From the sequence record PZ452602.1: a DNA stretch of 64,000 nucleotides; one strand, given 5' to 3'. Of this stretch, positions 33,831 through 43,748 are shown piece after piece (position 1 is the first letter of the stretch; each line of letters opens with the position of its first letter). The notes under the pieces were generated by a model that was given only the letters and a program-made list of their open reading frames with translations, was not told the DNA's origin and did not search any database. Source of the stretch: a phage. Position numbers and translations under genes: made by a program.

Positions 33831-34110
33831 ATTGAATCACCTTCAGTTGACGTTTTAGCTCTTTTATCATTTCTTCGTTCATCGCAATATAAAGATCGCG
33901 TAAAGCAGGTTTTAGCATGTCATTTATTATAGAACTAAATGGGCATACATAATCTTTTCCTACAAGCTTTTTGGTGAATTCCATATCACAGAACTTAAAT
34001 CCCGGCTCATTGGTATAAATTCCCCAATTAGTTGACATCATTTTATTAGCATATTCCAGTGCCTGGATTTGATTCATAATTCCATCAATTTGAAACTTTT
34101 TAATATTCAT
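33814..34110 (-). CDS. hypothetical protein (98 aa)
   Basis: Track ORF. Confidence 0.5.
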   Translation of the reverse strand: MNIKKFQIDGIMNQIQALEYANKMMSTNWGIYTNEPGFKFCDMEFTKKLVGKDYVCPFSSIINDMLKPALRDLYIAMNEEMIKELKRQLKVIQFGQGN

Positions 34111-34571
34111 TAGTAAAGGTCCTCAGAGTAAAGTTCTTTTTCACTACCACCACGTTCAATACGTACTTGTCCAGCGTAAGTTGCAATAATCATTGCTTCT
34201 TCACGTGTCCAATAATTACTATATTGGTCAATAAACCCCTGGTCATCATCACAAACTTGCTGAGTCACTAATTGAGGTTTAACTATATCTAAAACTGCTG
34301 CCATATCTTTAGAATAATGACGAGCACCTGGAATAATAAGAGTTCGTCCATCTTTTAATTTAAAACGGTTGGCTGCGCAAACAATCCGTCGTTGATACTT
34401 TTGGTTTTCATCCCAGTATGCAGACTGCCAACAGATTTCAGGAACTTCTTTTAGAATATCTTCTTCTGTGCATTTATAACCATGCGCTTTAAATTTTTCA
34501 GCAAGACTTTCTGGAGTTTCACGAGATAAAGGAACATTCAGCATTTTTAAACGATTGATAAATGGGTTCAT
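34110..34571 (-). CDS. hypothetical protein (153 aa)
   Basis: Track ORF. Confidence 0.5.
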   Translation of the reverse strand: MNPFINRLKMLNVPLSRETPESLAEKFKAHGYKCTEEDILKEVPEICWQSAYWDENQKYQRRIVCAANRFKLKDGRTLIIPGARHYSKDMAAVLDIVKPQLVTQQVCDDDQGFIDQYSNYWTREEAMIIATYAGQVRIERGGSEKELYSEDLY

Positions 34572-34897
34572 TTAAACCATCCTTTAATACGTTGCCACAA
34601 AGTTTTCTGTTGAGCTTTGTTAACACCAATTGAGCGAATAACTGGTTGAGATTCCTGGAATTCTTTATAATCAGCAAGGTAAATTTCGTAAGCTGCATTT
34701 GTAAATGAACTTATCGCTGCCATAAAATTATTGCGAATACCTACTGGAGCATCTTTACTTTCACGAATAATCATGTATTTACCAGTCTTAATCTTTACGA
34801 TAGTTCCAAGATAAGCTCCATGATACCAGATGTCCCAACCCTCTTGAGTAGGTTCTGCACAACGACGAAGTTCATTAACAATTTCTAACTTGTTCAT
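34568..34897 (-). CDS. hypothetical protein (109 aa)
   Basis: Track ORF. Confidence 0.5.
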   Translation of the reverse strand: MNKLEIVNELRRCAEPTQEGWDIWYHGAYLGTIVKIKTGKYMIIRESKDAPVGIRNNFMAAISSFTNAAYEIYLADYKEFQESQPVIRSIGVNKAQQKTLWQRIKGWFK

Positions 34898-34907
34898 TAT
34901 TTATTCC

Positions 34908-35543
34908 TCACAGTTCAGATGCTACAGCGATTACTGCTTCAATGTTTTCTGCCGAGCGTTTAATGTCAAGATACACATTACCGTTTTTAGCGATTTTACA
35001 TGACATTCCGATGTCAGTAAATTTCTGAATATGATGTTCCATCATTTTATATCCAAAAATTCGCATATTTCCATTGTTGTTAATTTCAAAATTACGAATT
35101 CCGTGAGTGCGTTTTTCTAAAATAGCGAGATAGTTACTGCGATAAGTTTCGACCTTTTTAAGAACAAATCCATTTTCATCTAAAAGTTTTAACATGAGGT
35201 CTTTATCTTCTTCCATATCGGAAGTAATCTCACGGGCTTTACGAGTTGCTCGCTTTTTCAGCAGTTCTGGAGCATTTTCCTGCGCGTATAAAGTTGCTGC
35301 ATTTGAAATAATATCCTGAGCTTCACCTGTAATGATTAATCCATCACCAGATTTCTCCACCAGGCCTTTTTTGATTAATACCCCAATATTACTATTAACT
35401 ACTGCGTTACCTAAATCTGGATGCACCTCACGAACTTCTGCAGCTGTAATGAAATCTTTCTTAGCAATAGTAATTAAAATCGCAGCAGTTTTTTCATTCA
35501 GAACATCGTTAGAAGCTTTGATGATGTAAGTTACTTTAGACAT
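34908..35543 (-). CDS. motA: middle-transcription activator MotA
   Basis: 211 aa, sequence MSKVTYIIKASNDVLNEKTAAILITIAKKDF matches recalled T4 MotA. Confidence 0.9.
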   Translation of the reverse strand: MSKVTYIIKASNDVLNEKTAAILITIAKKDFITAAEVREVHPDLGNAVVNSNIGVLIKKGLVEKSGDGLIITGEAQDIISNAATLYAQENAPELLKKRATRKAREITSDMEEDKDLMLKLLDENGFVLKKVETYRSNYLAILEKRTHGIRNFEINNNGNMRIFGYKMMEHHIQKFTDIGMSCKIAKNGNVYLDIKRSAENIEAVIAVASEL

Positions 35544-35582
35544 TTTCTAATCTCCGTAATTCTGTATCAGTAGTTGATAGTT

Positions 35583-35614
35583 GTATAGTACCACAGTATG
35601 CTTTGGTTGTAAAC
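35583..35614 (-). promoter_or_regulatory. T4-type early promoter for motA (PeSL-like cassette with terminator 35631-35663)
   Basis: Minus-strand GTTTAC (35609-35614), 17 nt, GTACTATAC; leader ends in GGAG RBS. Confidence 0.55.
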
Positions 35615-35630
35615 CATTTTGTGAAAAAAT

Positions 35631-35663
35631 TTTAAAATAAAAAGGGAGAGCCTCGGCTCTCCC
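35631..35663 (-). terminator. Intrinsic terminator
   Basis: GGGAGAGCC/GGCTCTCCC stem followed by U-tract on minus strand. Confidence 0.6.
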
Positions 35664-35668
35664 TAAAA

Positions 35669-35818
35669 TTACTGCATGACTGTGATAACTGTCATGATAA
35701 CACGTTGAATTCCGAACGCAAGAAGACCTCCTGCTACAGCTGGAACAACGCCTAAACCCGCTAGTAAAATGCTACCAGATACTAAGGCCGCACTCGTGAT
35801 ACCGATGAATGGACTCAT
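35669..35818 (-). CDS. small hydrophobic protein (49 aa)
   Basis: Hand-translated; ATG overlaps gene 52 stop (ATGA); MSPFIGITSAALVSGSILLAGLGVVPAVAGGLLAFGIQRVIMTVITVMQ; below track cutoff. Confidence 0.4.
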   Translation of the reverse strand: MSPFIGITSAALVSGSILLAGLGVVPAVAGGLLAFGIQRVIMTVITVMQ

Positions 35819-37143
35819 TTGATTTCCTCTAAATCTTTGGTGTATTCGGTAACTACATCAGTAGTTTTCCAATATTCGTTTTCTTCTTTTTTAGCTTTAG
35901 CTTCTTCAGCAAGTTTCTTCGCTTCATCGGAAGTCATATGAAAAATATTCATTCCAACTAGTTTATCAACATAAGAAGAATACATATCGATTTTCGAAAG
36001 TTCTTCGGTCAGTTCTTTACGAGTTTTACCCTGTACAACAATTTCACCTGAAATTACTTTCTTAATGAAATGTGCTTTGGCAAAGGCTAAACGAAAAGCT
36101 GATTCAGTTTCTTTGATTTTGTTATCAATTCGTTTTTGGACATAAGTTTTACGAACTTCAACAAAGTCTTTAATTAAATCAACTACGTTATCGTAAACTT
36201 GTAGTTTTCCTTTCTCATTAATAACCGTAATATTCTGGGAACGACGCTCAATCAACCCGAAGTCTTTCATAATTTTTGCATGGCGTTCTTCTTCATTATC
36301 GCTCAAAGAATATTCTTTACGGAATTTAACTTTGAATCCAAAACCATGCTCACCACAAGCATCATCCCATGTAATGAAGCCTTTATCTTCAAGTGGGTCT
36401 AAGATTTTACTCACATAAGTTTCACGATCATACTTATACGGAATCTCAGTGATATGCATTTGAGTTCGTGAAGTAAACTTGTATGTTCCACGAATTTCAT
36501 ATTGACCGTCAATCTCAACGACTTCACCACGAAATTCTGGGAATTCTACCTTCGGTTTAGTTACTTTCTTTCCTTGAAGAGCTTGTAATACAGCTTTCTT
36601 GACAGAAGAAACACTATGAGGAAGAATGTAAGTTGCATAACCAGTTGCAATACCGGAAACACCATTAAGAAGAACAGTAGGAATAATAGGCAAATAGAAA
36701 GCAGGCGGAATGTGTTCTTTATCTTGATGTACCGGAGCATATTCAGTATCTTTATATACGTTATAGAAATTTTTACTTACACGAGCAAAAATATAACGAC
36801 TTGCTGCTGCTTTTTGAACGGTACGAGAACCAAAGTTTCCTTGACCATCTAACAGAGGAAAGTTATTGTTCCAAGTGTTAGCCATCAAAGCACCTGCGTC
36901 TTGTGCAGAGTTTTCGCCATGGTGATATCCAAGGTCCGCTACACCACCTGCAATAGAAGCAAGTTTGTGAAACTTATCTTTATTTCCTCGTGCCAAATCA
37001 AGAGCTCGAGCAATAACAAATCGTTGAACTGGCTTAAATCCGTCAATCATATTTGGGATAGCACGATTTTCAACCGTGTACATAGCATAAGCCAATGCTT
37101 CATTATCAATGATACTTTTTAAATCGCGATTATTCAGTTGCAT
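35815..37143 (-). CDS. 52: topoisomerase II medium subunit gp52
   Basis: 442 aa, GyrA-like cleavage core; matches recalled T4 gp52. Confidence 0.92.
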   Translation of the reverse strand: MQLNNRDLKSIIDNEALAYAMYTVENRAIPNMIDGFKPVQRFVIARALDLARGNKDKFHKLASIAGGVADLGYHHGENSAQDAGALMANTWNNNFPLLDGQGNFGSRTVQKAAASRYIFARVSKNFYNVYKDTEYAPVHQDKEHIPPAFYLPIIPTVLLNGVSGIATGYATYILPHSVSSVKKAVLQALQGKKVTKPKVEFPEFRGEVVEIDGQYEIRGTYKFTSRTQMHITEIPYKYDRETYVSKILDPLEDKGFITWDDACGEHGFGFKVKFRKEYSLSDNEEERHAKIMKDFGLIERRSQNITVINEKGKLQVYDNVVDLIKDFVEVRKTYVQKRIDNKIKETESAFRLAFAKAHFIKKVISGEIVVQGKTRKELTEELSKIDMYSSYVDKLVGMNIFHMTSDEAKKLAEEAKAKKEENEYWKTTDVVTEYTKDLEEIK

Positions 37144-37280
37144 AAATTTACCATACTAGTGAATGTAGTGCCATAATAACATCAGAAATGAAAAGCACGA
37201 CTTGAATTAATCCGAACATTATTCCGTAATATAACACTATCAATAAAATAACAAGGGTTAATGAATAGCCCAAGATTTTC

Positions 37281-37436
37281 TTAATCATTTTTTGAACCGA
37301 TACAAGCGAATAATGATAAAACTGCTAATGTCCCTTGAGCTGTTGACTGCAAAAATACTGAAGTTTCTCCAGTTATTATTGTTCCGGCGAATGAAAAGGA
37401 CCAACAGAAAAAGGCTATACCATTAACAAATTTCAT
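37281..37436 (-). CDS. ac: small membrane protein (51 aa), ac-like
   Basis: Hand-translated MKFVNGIAFFCWSFSFAGTIITGETSVFLQSTAQGTLAVLSLFACIGSKND; size and position between 52 and stp as T4 ac. Confidence 0.5.
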   Translation of the reverse strand: MKFVNGIAFFCWSFSFAGTIITGETSVFLQSTAQGTLAVLSLFACIGSKND

Positions 37437-37446
37437 ATTTTCCTCA

Positions 37447-37524
37447 TTAGCGTCCGAAGACGCCTTTAGTTTTAAAATTATTACGATAGAACTGCATCAC
37501 ATGTTCGTTATGGAAATTACTCAT
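37447..37524 (-). CDS. stp: Stp peptide (25 aa)
   Basis: Hand-translated [25 protein letters not shown], near-identical to recalled T4 Stp; ATG overlaps ndd stop by 1 nt. Confidence 0.75.
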   Translation of the reverse strand: MSNFHNEHVMQFYRNNFKTKGVFGR

Positions 37525-37982
37525 TAATATGCCTGCAAAACGAATTTAAAGTTATCAGCCAACATACGGTTCATTTCTTCAAGTGTTTGATACTCAGAAT
37601 GATGATTACGAGTAAACGCTAAAGCTAACTGACCTTTACCAAATCCCGTCGTCAGAGGTTTCATCTTAGAAGCAGGCAGATAAAATACTGTGTATGCCAT
37701 ATTGTTATTTGCAATAGTACGCGCAAGCTGAGACCGGCGTTGACGAATATGACTTAGAACTGCGCTGAATCCTTGCTTAGAACGCTGATTACCAACATAA
37801 AATCGTGCAGACACACATGGATTACTAAATGGACGACCATCTAATTTGCTCACTAAAAAGTAAAATCCAGGTTTAGATAAAATGTCTTTATGTGGAGTTC
37901 CCAAAAACCACTCACCGCCCTTGATTGTACCAATAACAGTAGCGCCTGCATTATTCAGATCAGTAACAGTCATATATTTCAT
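37524..37982 (-). CDS. ndd: nucleoid disruption protein Ndd
   Basis: 152 aa from [18 protein letters not shown] matches recalled T4 Ndd; track ORF trimmed. Confidence 0.8.
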   Translation of the reverse strand: MKYMTVTDLNNAGATVIGTIKGGEWFLGTPHKDILSKPGFYFLVSKLDGRPFSNPCVSARFYVGNQRSKQGFSAVLSHIRQRRSQLARTIANNNMAYTVFYLPASKMKPLTTGFGKGQLALAFTRNHHSEYQTLEEMNRMLADNFKFVLQAY

Positions 37983-38040
37983 ATTAATTTCCTCTAAATT
38001 ATTTTCTACTCCAAGGCCGCATGAATACGCGGCCATTAAA

Positions 38041-38256
38041 TTAATCGTCGCAGTCGACGCTCAATTCCCAAAACTCTTCTACGGTATAAGTTTCAGTATC
38101 ATTTTCAATACAGAAACGTTCATTACTGTTATTTGCTAAAGTAGCGTTAACTGTCGGTTTCTCGCTAGTGCTCTTAAGAGGTGAAATACGAATTAACTGA
38201 TCACCGTTATCTAAACAGAAAATTTCACCAACTTTTACATCTTTAAAACTTTTCAT
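38041..38256 (-). CDS. hypothetical protein (71 aa)
   Basis: Track ORF. Confidence 0.45.
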   Translation of the reverse strand: MKSFKDVKVGEIFCLDNGDQLIRISPLKSTSEKPTVNATLANNSNERFCIENDTETYTVEEFWELSVDCDD

Positions 38257-38371
38257 AATTCACCTCAAGGAGTATAAAATCCAAATGCAGTTGTTGACCA
38301 TCCCATCCAATATGGAAAATTTGCACCAATGTAAAACATAAGAATATAAAACCAAATGTTTAGTAAATTCA

Positions 38372-38590
38372 TTATTTTACACCATTCCAAATTGTTTCAA
38401 CCACAGATTTTAAACCATTTTGATGAATATCAATTCCGACTACTGTCATCAAATAGATTCCAACTACAACTGAACCCAAGGCAAAAATTAGCATGAAAAT
38501 GAATAAAGCCGGAAAAATATTATCGAAAAACCATTCAATAAATGTAAAAGCACTGCGTTTACGCTTCATATTTTCCTCACATAAATCCAA
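38372..38590 (-). CDS. small membrane protein
   Basis: Two predicted TM helices; start uncertain. Confidence 0.4.
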   Translation of the reverse strand: MDLCEENMKRKRSAFTFIEWFFDNIFPALFIFMLIFALGSVVVGIYLMTVVGIDIHQNGLKSVVETIWNGVK

Positions 38591-38825
38591 AGTAAACGTT
38601 TAATACATCAATCATTAAAACGATTGGGAATATACTCAAAACTATTAGTATTATAACTACATTCCATATAGCTTTAACAATCTTTTTCATTTTCTGTTCC
38701 TCCGTAGTTGATAGGGTAATAGTACCACGGAAGAACAGTCTTGTAAACAACTTTTTTAAAAATATTCGTAATAAATGTGAATACCAACTACTACCGCTGA
38801 AACCTGTGCAACCCACCACGCACAA
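38577..38825 (-). CDS. small membrane protein (true product probably the C-terminal 37 aa from MKKIVKAIW)
   Basis: Hydrophobic stretch VVIILIVLSIFPIVLMI; promoter 38717-38748 lies inside the long form. Confidence 0.35.
   Translation of the reverse strand: MCVVGCTGFSGSSWYSHLLRIFLKKLFTRLFFRGTITLSTTEEQKMKKIVKAIWNVVIILIVLSIFPIVLMIDVLNVYFGFM
38717..38748 (-). promoter_or_regulatory. T4-type early promoter
   Basis: GTTTAC (38743-38748), 17 nt, GTACTAT; leader CTATCAACTACGGAGGA shared with promoter at 39223-39254. Confidence 0.5.
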
Positions 38826-38933
38826 GCAATAAGTACAGAATTCAAAATTTTCATAATAACCTCATTACAAAAGTAAATGTTAAACAAATTACTGGAATAC
38901 TAATTAACCAAACAAAACACCACCACAGTGAAC

Positions 38934-39197
38934 TCATAGTTCAATCTCAGCGATTTTCATTTCATTACTATTAATAGCCGCTTTAAGACTATCTGAAAGA
39001 ATTACATTCCAATGGTCATTCATATGACCATTAACTAAACGTGTAATTTCTTCAGGAGTTGAAAAATAAGGCGTATCAGACTCCCAATGCGATAGTCCCA
39101 AGCGAGTATAAATCATACCTTCATCATCGCTAGAATATTCAACTGACACAAACTCATCAGTTATTTTATGTTTAGCGTAATAAAATTTAAATTTCAT
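38934..39197 (-). CDS. hypothetical protein (87 aa)
   Basis: Track ORF with GGAGGAG RBS and its own early promoter. Confidence 0.5.
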   Translation of the reverse strand: MKFKFYYAKHKITDEFVSVEYSSDDEGMIYTRLGLSHWESDTPYFSTPEEITRLVNGHMNDHWNVILSDSLKAAINSNEMKIAEIEL

Positions 39198-39222
39198 TTT
39201 TACTCCTCCGTAGTTGATAAGG

Positions 39223-39254
39223 TAATAGTACCACAGTCCTTGTGGTATGTAAAC
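39223..39254 (-). promoter_or_regulatory. T4-type early promoter
   Basis: GTTTAC (39249-39254), 17 nt, GTACTAT; near-identical to 38717-38748. Confidence 0.5.
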
Positions 39255-39270
39255 CGTTTTGTGAAAATTT

Positions 39271-39828
39271 TTAAATGGAAAGATACCATCCGTTGTAGTT
39301 GCTTTTTCTTACAACCTTACGAAGGTCTTCTCTATCACCGATGAACTTCGGAGTGTACTGGATGACACCTGGGTGAATTTCTTTAGTGTTGAATATAATT
39401 ATACAGTCAGCGACTTGATGATTTAGAATGGGCCCTAGATTTATTCCAGAACCGTATGGATACTCTCCGCTGTATCCTGTCGTTACTGAAATCCATCGAG
39501 AGTCAGTTTGGTGTGTTTTAACTTCTACCCGAAGCCCGCAGTATTTTGGATGTGCTAAAACATCCCATGCATATGTATACGGATCATCGACGTCTTCTTG
39601 ACCTTTGTTAACATACCCGCTTAGCCAATCTGCTACAAAAAATTCTGCGTACACAGCGATACGACATCTTTCAATAACTTCTGCTTTATCCTGGTTCGGG
39701 TTTTGTTTTAAAGAGTATCTTGCTGTATCAGCAATTTTGACCTTCATTTCACTAGTCAAGTCACTGTTCGATAGGGTAAATGTCGGAATCTGAAATAGTC
39801 TCTGTAAACCCGGATTCGTTTTCTGCAT
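39271..39828 (-). CDS. hypothetical protein, 185 aa, endonuclease IV (denB)-like by size and position
   Basis: 185 aa between ndd and rIIB as T4 DenB; sequence not independently recognised. Confidence 0.55.
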   Translation of the reverse strand: MQKTNPGLQRLFQIPTFTLSNSDLTSEMKVKIADTARYSLKQNPNQDKAEVIERCRIAVYAEFFVADWLSGYVNKGQEDVDDPYTYAWDVLAHPKYCGLRVEVKTHQTDSRWISVTTGYSGEYPYGSGINLGPILNHQVADCIIIFNTKEIHPGVIQYTPKFIGDREDLRKVVRKSNYNGWYLSI

Positions 39829-40090
39829 TTAGACTTTCCTTTTTACCGCTGAGATAGGCGTTATATACTTTAAGAGTGCCATAATAAATTCGGTCATTTT
39901 CATCTAAAGACTCGAGGTCAAGCTCATCGAGCTCCTTTTTATCCATGACTATAACATCATTACAGTAAAGAAACCCAAGTTTTTCGTGACCAAACTCAAA
40001 TTTATTACAGTACACAATATTAGCGTGATGATTTCCGTGCAGTTTAATCTCTTTTATGTCGGAATCACCGATATTCATACAATAAATCAT
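39761..40090 (-). CDS. hypothetical acidic protein (109 aa)
   Basis: Track ORF; 3' end overlaps the next ORF. Confidence 0.45.
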   Translation of the reverse strand: MIYCMNIGDSDIKEIKLHGNHHANIVYCNKFEFGHEKLGFLYCNDVIVMDKKELDELDLESLDENDRIYYGTLKVYNAYLSGKKESLNAENESGFTETISDSDIYPIEQ

Positions 40091-40106
40091 AATTTTTCCT
40101 TAAAAC

Positions 40107-40124
40107 AAAAGGGCCGAAGCCCTT
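40107..40124 (-). terminator. Intercistronic GC hairpin (GNRA/UUCG type) with weak U-tract
   Basis: AAGGGC-UUCG-GCCCUU on minus strand. Confidence 0.4.
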
Positions 40125-40128
40125 TATT

Positions 40129-40323
40129 TTACTTGAATTGTGCAATTCTTTTCTCTAAACAATCTGCATAAGATTTCATTGAGATAAACTGTGAAAGCAG
40201 TAATTCTTGCTCAACTGCACTAACCGTTAGAAACTTTGCGCTTTCTAAAAATTTGCTCAGTGCATTAATTTTGAGCATTAATTGATCGTATTCTTCTTTT
40301 ACTCGTGCTTGATAACCTAACAT
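40129..40323 (-). CDS. hypothetical coiled-coil protein (64 aa)
   Basis: Track ORF. Confidence 0.45.
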   Translation of the reverse strand: MLGYQARVKEEYDQLMLKINALSKFLESAKFLTVSAVEQELLLSQFISMKSYADCLEKRIAQFK

Positions 40324-40351
40324 AATTTTCCTTAGTTAAGGGCCGAAGCCC

Positions 40352-41290
40352 TTATTTAAATTGTTCAGTAACGTCTTCAACTACTTCGTATTGGCAGGTA
40401 CGCATTTTAGCGTCGTTGTAATCAATCGGAATTGATACTACATCGCGAGGATGAACTTTAACTTTTACAACTCGGCTGGTTGAACCACCGAAGTGACGAA
40501 TATAAGATTTAGAACACACATGCAGACCACGAGAACAAGTTTGTGTATCATCGTCATTCACACGAGTACGCGGCATTTTAACTACTTTACCAGGACTGTT
40601 ATCAAAGGTATTTGAGTGACAGTCAAAGTAATTGCTGCGAACTACTTTCCAAGCATAGAAGTAACCATCTTCTGTAATTTCAATATCGTTTGCTACCAAG
40701 AAATCAAAAAGTCGAGATACCGCTTTCTGGCTTGGGTTTTCCAGCAGATTTTCCAAGAACGGAAAATAAAATTCAAAGTTTTCGCCTTTTTCCATCGAAT
40801 CAAGAATACGATCAACCAAACCAGACCGCAATTCAATATTTTGATAGAATAAGCTTCCACCTTCAATTCGAACATCGCCGGAAATATATTTTTCAACAGC
40901 GCGACGAACATTAATTTTTTGTGCCGCTTCTTCCAGCTTATCCGCTACAAGCAGATTGAGAATTTCCTGGAAGTTTGAATGAGTATTAGGTGTTGCATTA
41001 TAAGTTACACCATCGACAGTAATCGAAATGAATTTTTTAGATGCATTCCAAATAATGTCAGATTTAGTAACTGGAGCAATAACTGCATCGCTATTAACTT
41101 TAACTGTAATATCACCGCTAATAGTAACTTTAGAGCGTTTAGCTTCTTCAGCATTTTTCAAAACACGACGGATTGTATCAACCGATACACCTTGCCAATC
41201 AGCCAATTCCTGCTGAGTATAATTACCGCTTGAATACAGTTTAACAATTTCAGCTTGTTCGTTTTTGGTCAGGCATTTAATATTGTACAT
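40352..41290 (-). CDS. rIIB: rIIB membrane-associated protein
   Basis: 312 aa, sequence and position before rIIA match recalled T4 rIIB. Confidence 0.88.
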   Translation of the reverse strand: MYNIKCLTKNEQAEIVKLYSSGNYTQQELADWQGVSVDTIRRVLKNAEEAKRSKVTISGDITVKVNSDAVIAPVTKSDIIWNASKKFISITVDGVTYNATPNTHSNFQEILNLLVADKLEEAAQKINVRRAVEKYISGDVRIEGGSLFYQNIELRSGLVDRILDSMEKGENFEFYFPFLENLLENPSQKAVSRLFDFLVANDIEITEDGYFYAWKVVRSNYFDCHSNTFDNSPGKVVKMPRTRVNDDDTQTCSRGLHVCSKSYIRHFGGSTSRVVKVKVHPRDVVSIPIDYNDAKMRTCQYEVVEDVTEQFK

Positions 41291-41301
41291 AATTTTCCTT
41301 A

Positions 41302-43479
41302 TTAGGCCGCAAGGGCCTTCATAGTTTTAGCGATTTGGGAAACTTCATCATCACTTAAAGAGTTGCGATATCCGATGAAGTCGGAAACAATACGGAATTT
41401 CTTGGTAAACTCAGCAACCATTTTATCACTGTTTTTTGAAGCATTATTTGATAATACATCAAAAAGATTAGTTACTGTCCAGATATCATGACCGATGGTA
41501 TCTTTTCCACCATTAAAATATACACCGCGCAATGAACTAACTATATTAGCGAGTCGTGTATATTCTTCAGAAACTTCATCTGTACTGAAGTACTTCATCA
41601 TAAAATCTAGCTCAGGATACTTGATAATTTTATCAATATATCGTTGAGCTGAACTTGAATAACCTACATACTTATCATAATCTACATCATCAAAAGCATC
41701 TATATATAAATCACGCAAAGCTTCAAAAATACATTGGCACTGACCGAGTTCTTTTACCTTTTTCTGTAAAAGCGGACGAATAACATAAAATTCATTAATG
41801 CCAATAAGATTAGCCATACGAATCAAAATATTCATAGATGGATGACAAAGAGATGTAGTACCATCCATAGAGAAAATATCAGAACGATGCATATACGCTA
41901 CATAACCAGTAATTTCATCTGCTTCTGACGTAAGTGTAAATAGTTCCTCTTTTTCCCATCGCCCATCTTTAATTTCAAATTTAAATGCTGTAGCAGCTTT
42001 AGGACGAGGAGCTTTACTTTTAACTACCTTTGGAATATAGCTTTTAACTAAAGTTTCAATTTCTGACAAATAATGAATGTTAACTTCATCACTTTCAAAC
42101 ATTGCCATAATATCAGGTAGTAAATCAATCTGCGATTCTACTTCCGGATTAATAAACAGAAGACGCTCATTGTGATGAATATTCAAAGTGTTATTAAATT
42201 CACTATCATCTAACGCGTGTGCTAATCCACGGACAATATTAACACGATTTTTAATATTATCAATAACGATATTAATTTTTGTTGTATTAATACCAAACAG
42301 ACGATAACTTGATGCAACGGCTGAAGTTTCATGACTTTGCTTAATGCGTTTCAGTCGAGGGTCAAGATTTACTTCATACACCACGCCTGCATTACATAAC
42401 TTACTGTCAGGTTCAAACATGCTCTGCATCTTTTTATATGACAGATTTTTAGTCGTGAATTTGACTGAATTACTAATCATATAATCTCGAGCAGAATACC
42501 CCATCTTCATCAATTCACGATATGTGTGACGGGGAGATGTAGATTCTTTAAATCGTTTTACATCTTCATTAAATGCTTTCTCACTAAGCTCTTTAACTCG
42601 TTCAATAATATTTTTACGAGTACGATCATCCAATGAAAGAGCTTCACGTGATGGAGCAATATCAAGTGAACCCATTGGAAACTTAATGTAATTCACTTCA
42701 TTGCGAATGCTTAGCCAATTACGGTCTCTAATAACACCATCGATAGGATAAACAATACCGCCATAGATAGCATATAATCCACCACGATCAGGCCAGTATC
42801 TTTCTGGATTTACACCGTAATAATCATCAAAATCCGGAAAATAATCAATTTCACGGTCAAGACCATTAATAATAGCCAAATCTTTGAACGGTCGCATGAT
42901 ATAAGAAACTTCATAAGCAAAGTTTCTAAAGTCTTTTTCTTCAACTGGAACTACGATTTCAATACCAGTTTTATCATCTGGACCCATTTCTTTTACGAAT
43001 GTAGGTTTAATCTGTGGACCATCACCATCCATGTAAGCTACATAACCACGAATTTTACCTTTATGATACGAAGTAATACTAAACGTATCAGTATAACTAA
43101 ACGGAGATTTAGAACCTAAACCAAATCCGCCAATGAAATCGTTAGATTCAGCCTTAGATGAACTGAAGTATGAATTATACAAACCAGGAGAATTATCATC
43201 ACCCTGAATATCAAAATCACTCATACCCGGACCAAAATCTCGGCAAACAAATCGTGGATCTAAACGTCCAGGAACTTGAATGATAAATTTTTCAGGATTT
43301 CTATTGAGAGCATGGGCATCAATCATGTTGGTAATCAATTCACGAACAACTGCGCGAATCTTGTTTGTATACAAATCAGATGACAGAATTTTAAATACTT
43401 TAGGAGATGCTGTGATGCTAAATGCTTTTGATTTAGAACCATTACCAAGAATTGTTTCTTTTTCAGTGGTGATAATCAT
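41302..43479 (-). CDS. rIIA: rIIA protein
   Basis: 725 aa; GHKL-like ATPase N-terminus; matches recalled T4 rIIA. Confidence 0.92.
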   Translation of the reverse strand: MIITTEKETILGNGSKSKAFSITASPKVFKILSSDLYTNKIRAVVRELITNMIDAHALNRNPEKFIIQVPGRLDPRFVCRDFGPGMSDFDIQGDDNSPGLYNSYFSSSKAESNDFIGGFGLGSKSPFSYTDTFSITSYHKGKIRGYVAYMDGDGPQIKPTFVKEMGPDDKTGIEIVVPVEEKDFRNFAYEVSYIMRPFKDLAIINGLDREIDYFPDFDDYYGVNPERYWPDRGGLYAIYGGIVYPIDGVIRDRNWLSIRNEVNYIKFPMGSLDIAPSREALSLDDRTRKNIIERVKELSEKAFNEDVKRFKESTSPRHTYRELMKMGYSARDYMISNSVKFTTKNLSYKKMQSMFEPDSKLCNAGVVYEVNLDPRLKRIKQSHETSAVASSYRLFGINTTKINIVIDNIKNRVNIVRGLAHALDDSEFNNTLNIHHNERLLFINPEVESQIDLLPDIMAMFESDEVNIHYLSEIETLVKSYIPKVVKSKAPRPKAATAFKFEIKDGRWEKEELFTLTSEADEITGYVAYMHRSDIFSMDGTTSLCHPSMNILIRMANLIGINEFYVIRPLLQKKVKELGQCQCIFEALRDLYIDAFDDVDYDKYVGYSSSAQRYIDKIIKYPELDFMMKYFSTDEVSEEYTRLANIVSSLRGVYFNGGKDTIGHDIWTVTNLFDVLSNNASKNSDKMVAEFTKKFRIVSDFIGYRNSLSDDEVSQIAKTMKALAA

Positions 43480-43489
43480 AATTTCCTCA

Positions 43490-43693
43490 TTAATTCATAT
43501 TACGCTTAATAACTTCAGCAACTTCTAGTAGTTCGTCTTTAGTTGCGGTGTCGGATTGAATTTTATCTCTAATATCTTTAAAGCGGTTTTTAAATTCTTC
43601 GGCTTCTCCCATATCGAAAAAGCGTTGAATGATTCTATATTCTCGATGAACTGCTTTATCAAAAAGTTCTAAATTTACTTTATATGATTTCAT
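43490..43693 (-). CDS. hypothetical protein (67 aa), rIIA.1-like
   Basis: Track ORF with own early promoter. Confidence 0.55.
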   Translation of the reverse strand: MKSYKVNLELFDKAVHREYRIIQRFFDMGEAEEFKNRFKDIRDKIQSDTATKDELLEVAEVIKRNMN

Positions 43694-43718
43694 TCCAATA
43701 TCCTCATTTGCCCAATTA

Positions 43719-43748
43719 ATTATACCACATCCTTGTGGTAAAGTAAAC
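43719..43748 (-). promoter_or_regulatory. T4-type early promoter (rII operon)
   Basis: GTTTAC (43743-43748) overlapping gene 39 stop, 17 nt, GTATAAT. Confidence 0.55.

Noticed and set aside
37150-37221. 23-aa hydrophobic micro-ORF (MFGLIQVVLFISDVIMALHSLVW) between gene 52 and the ac-like gene
   Set aside because: Very short with no clear RBS; could be real but the evidence is too thin to annotate.
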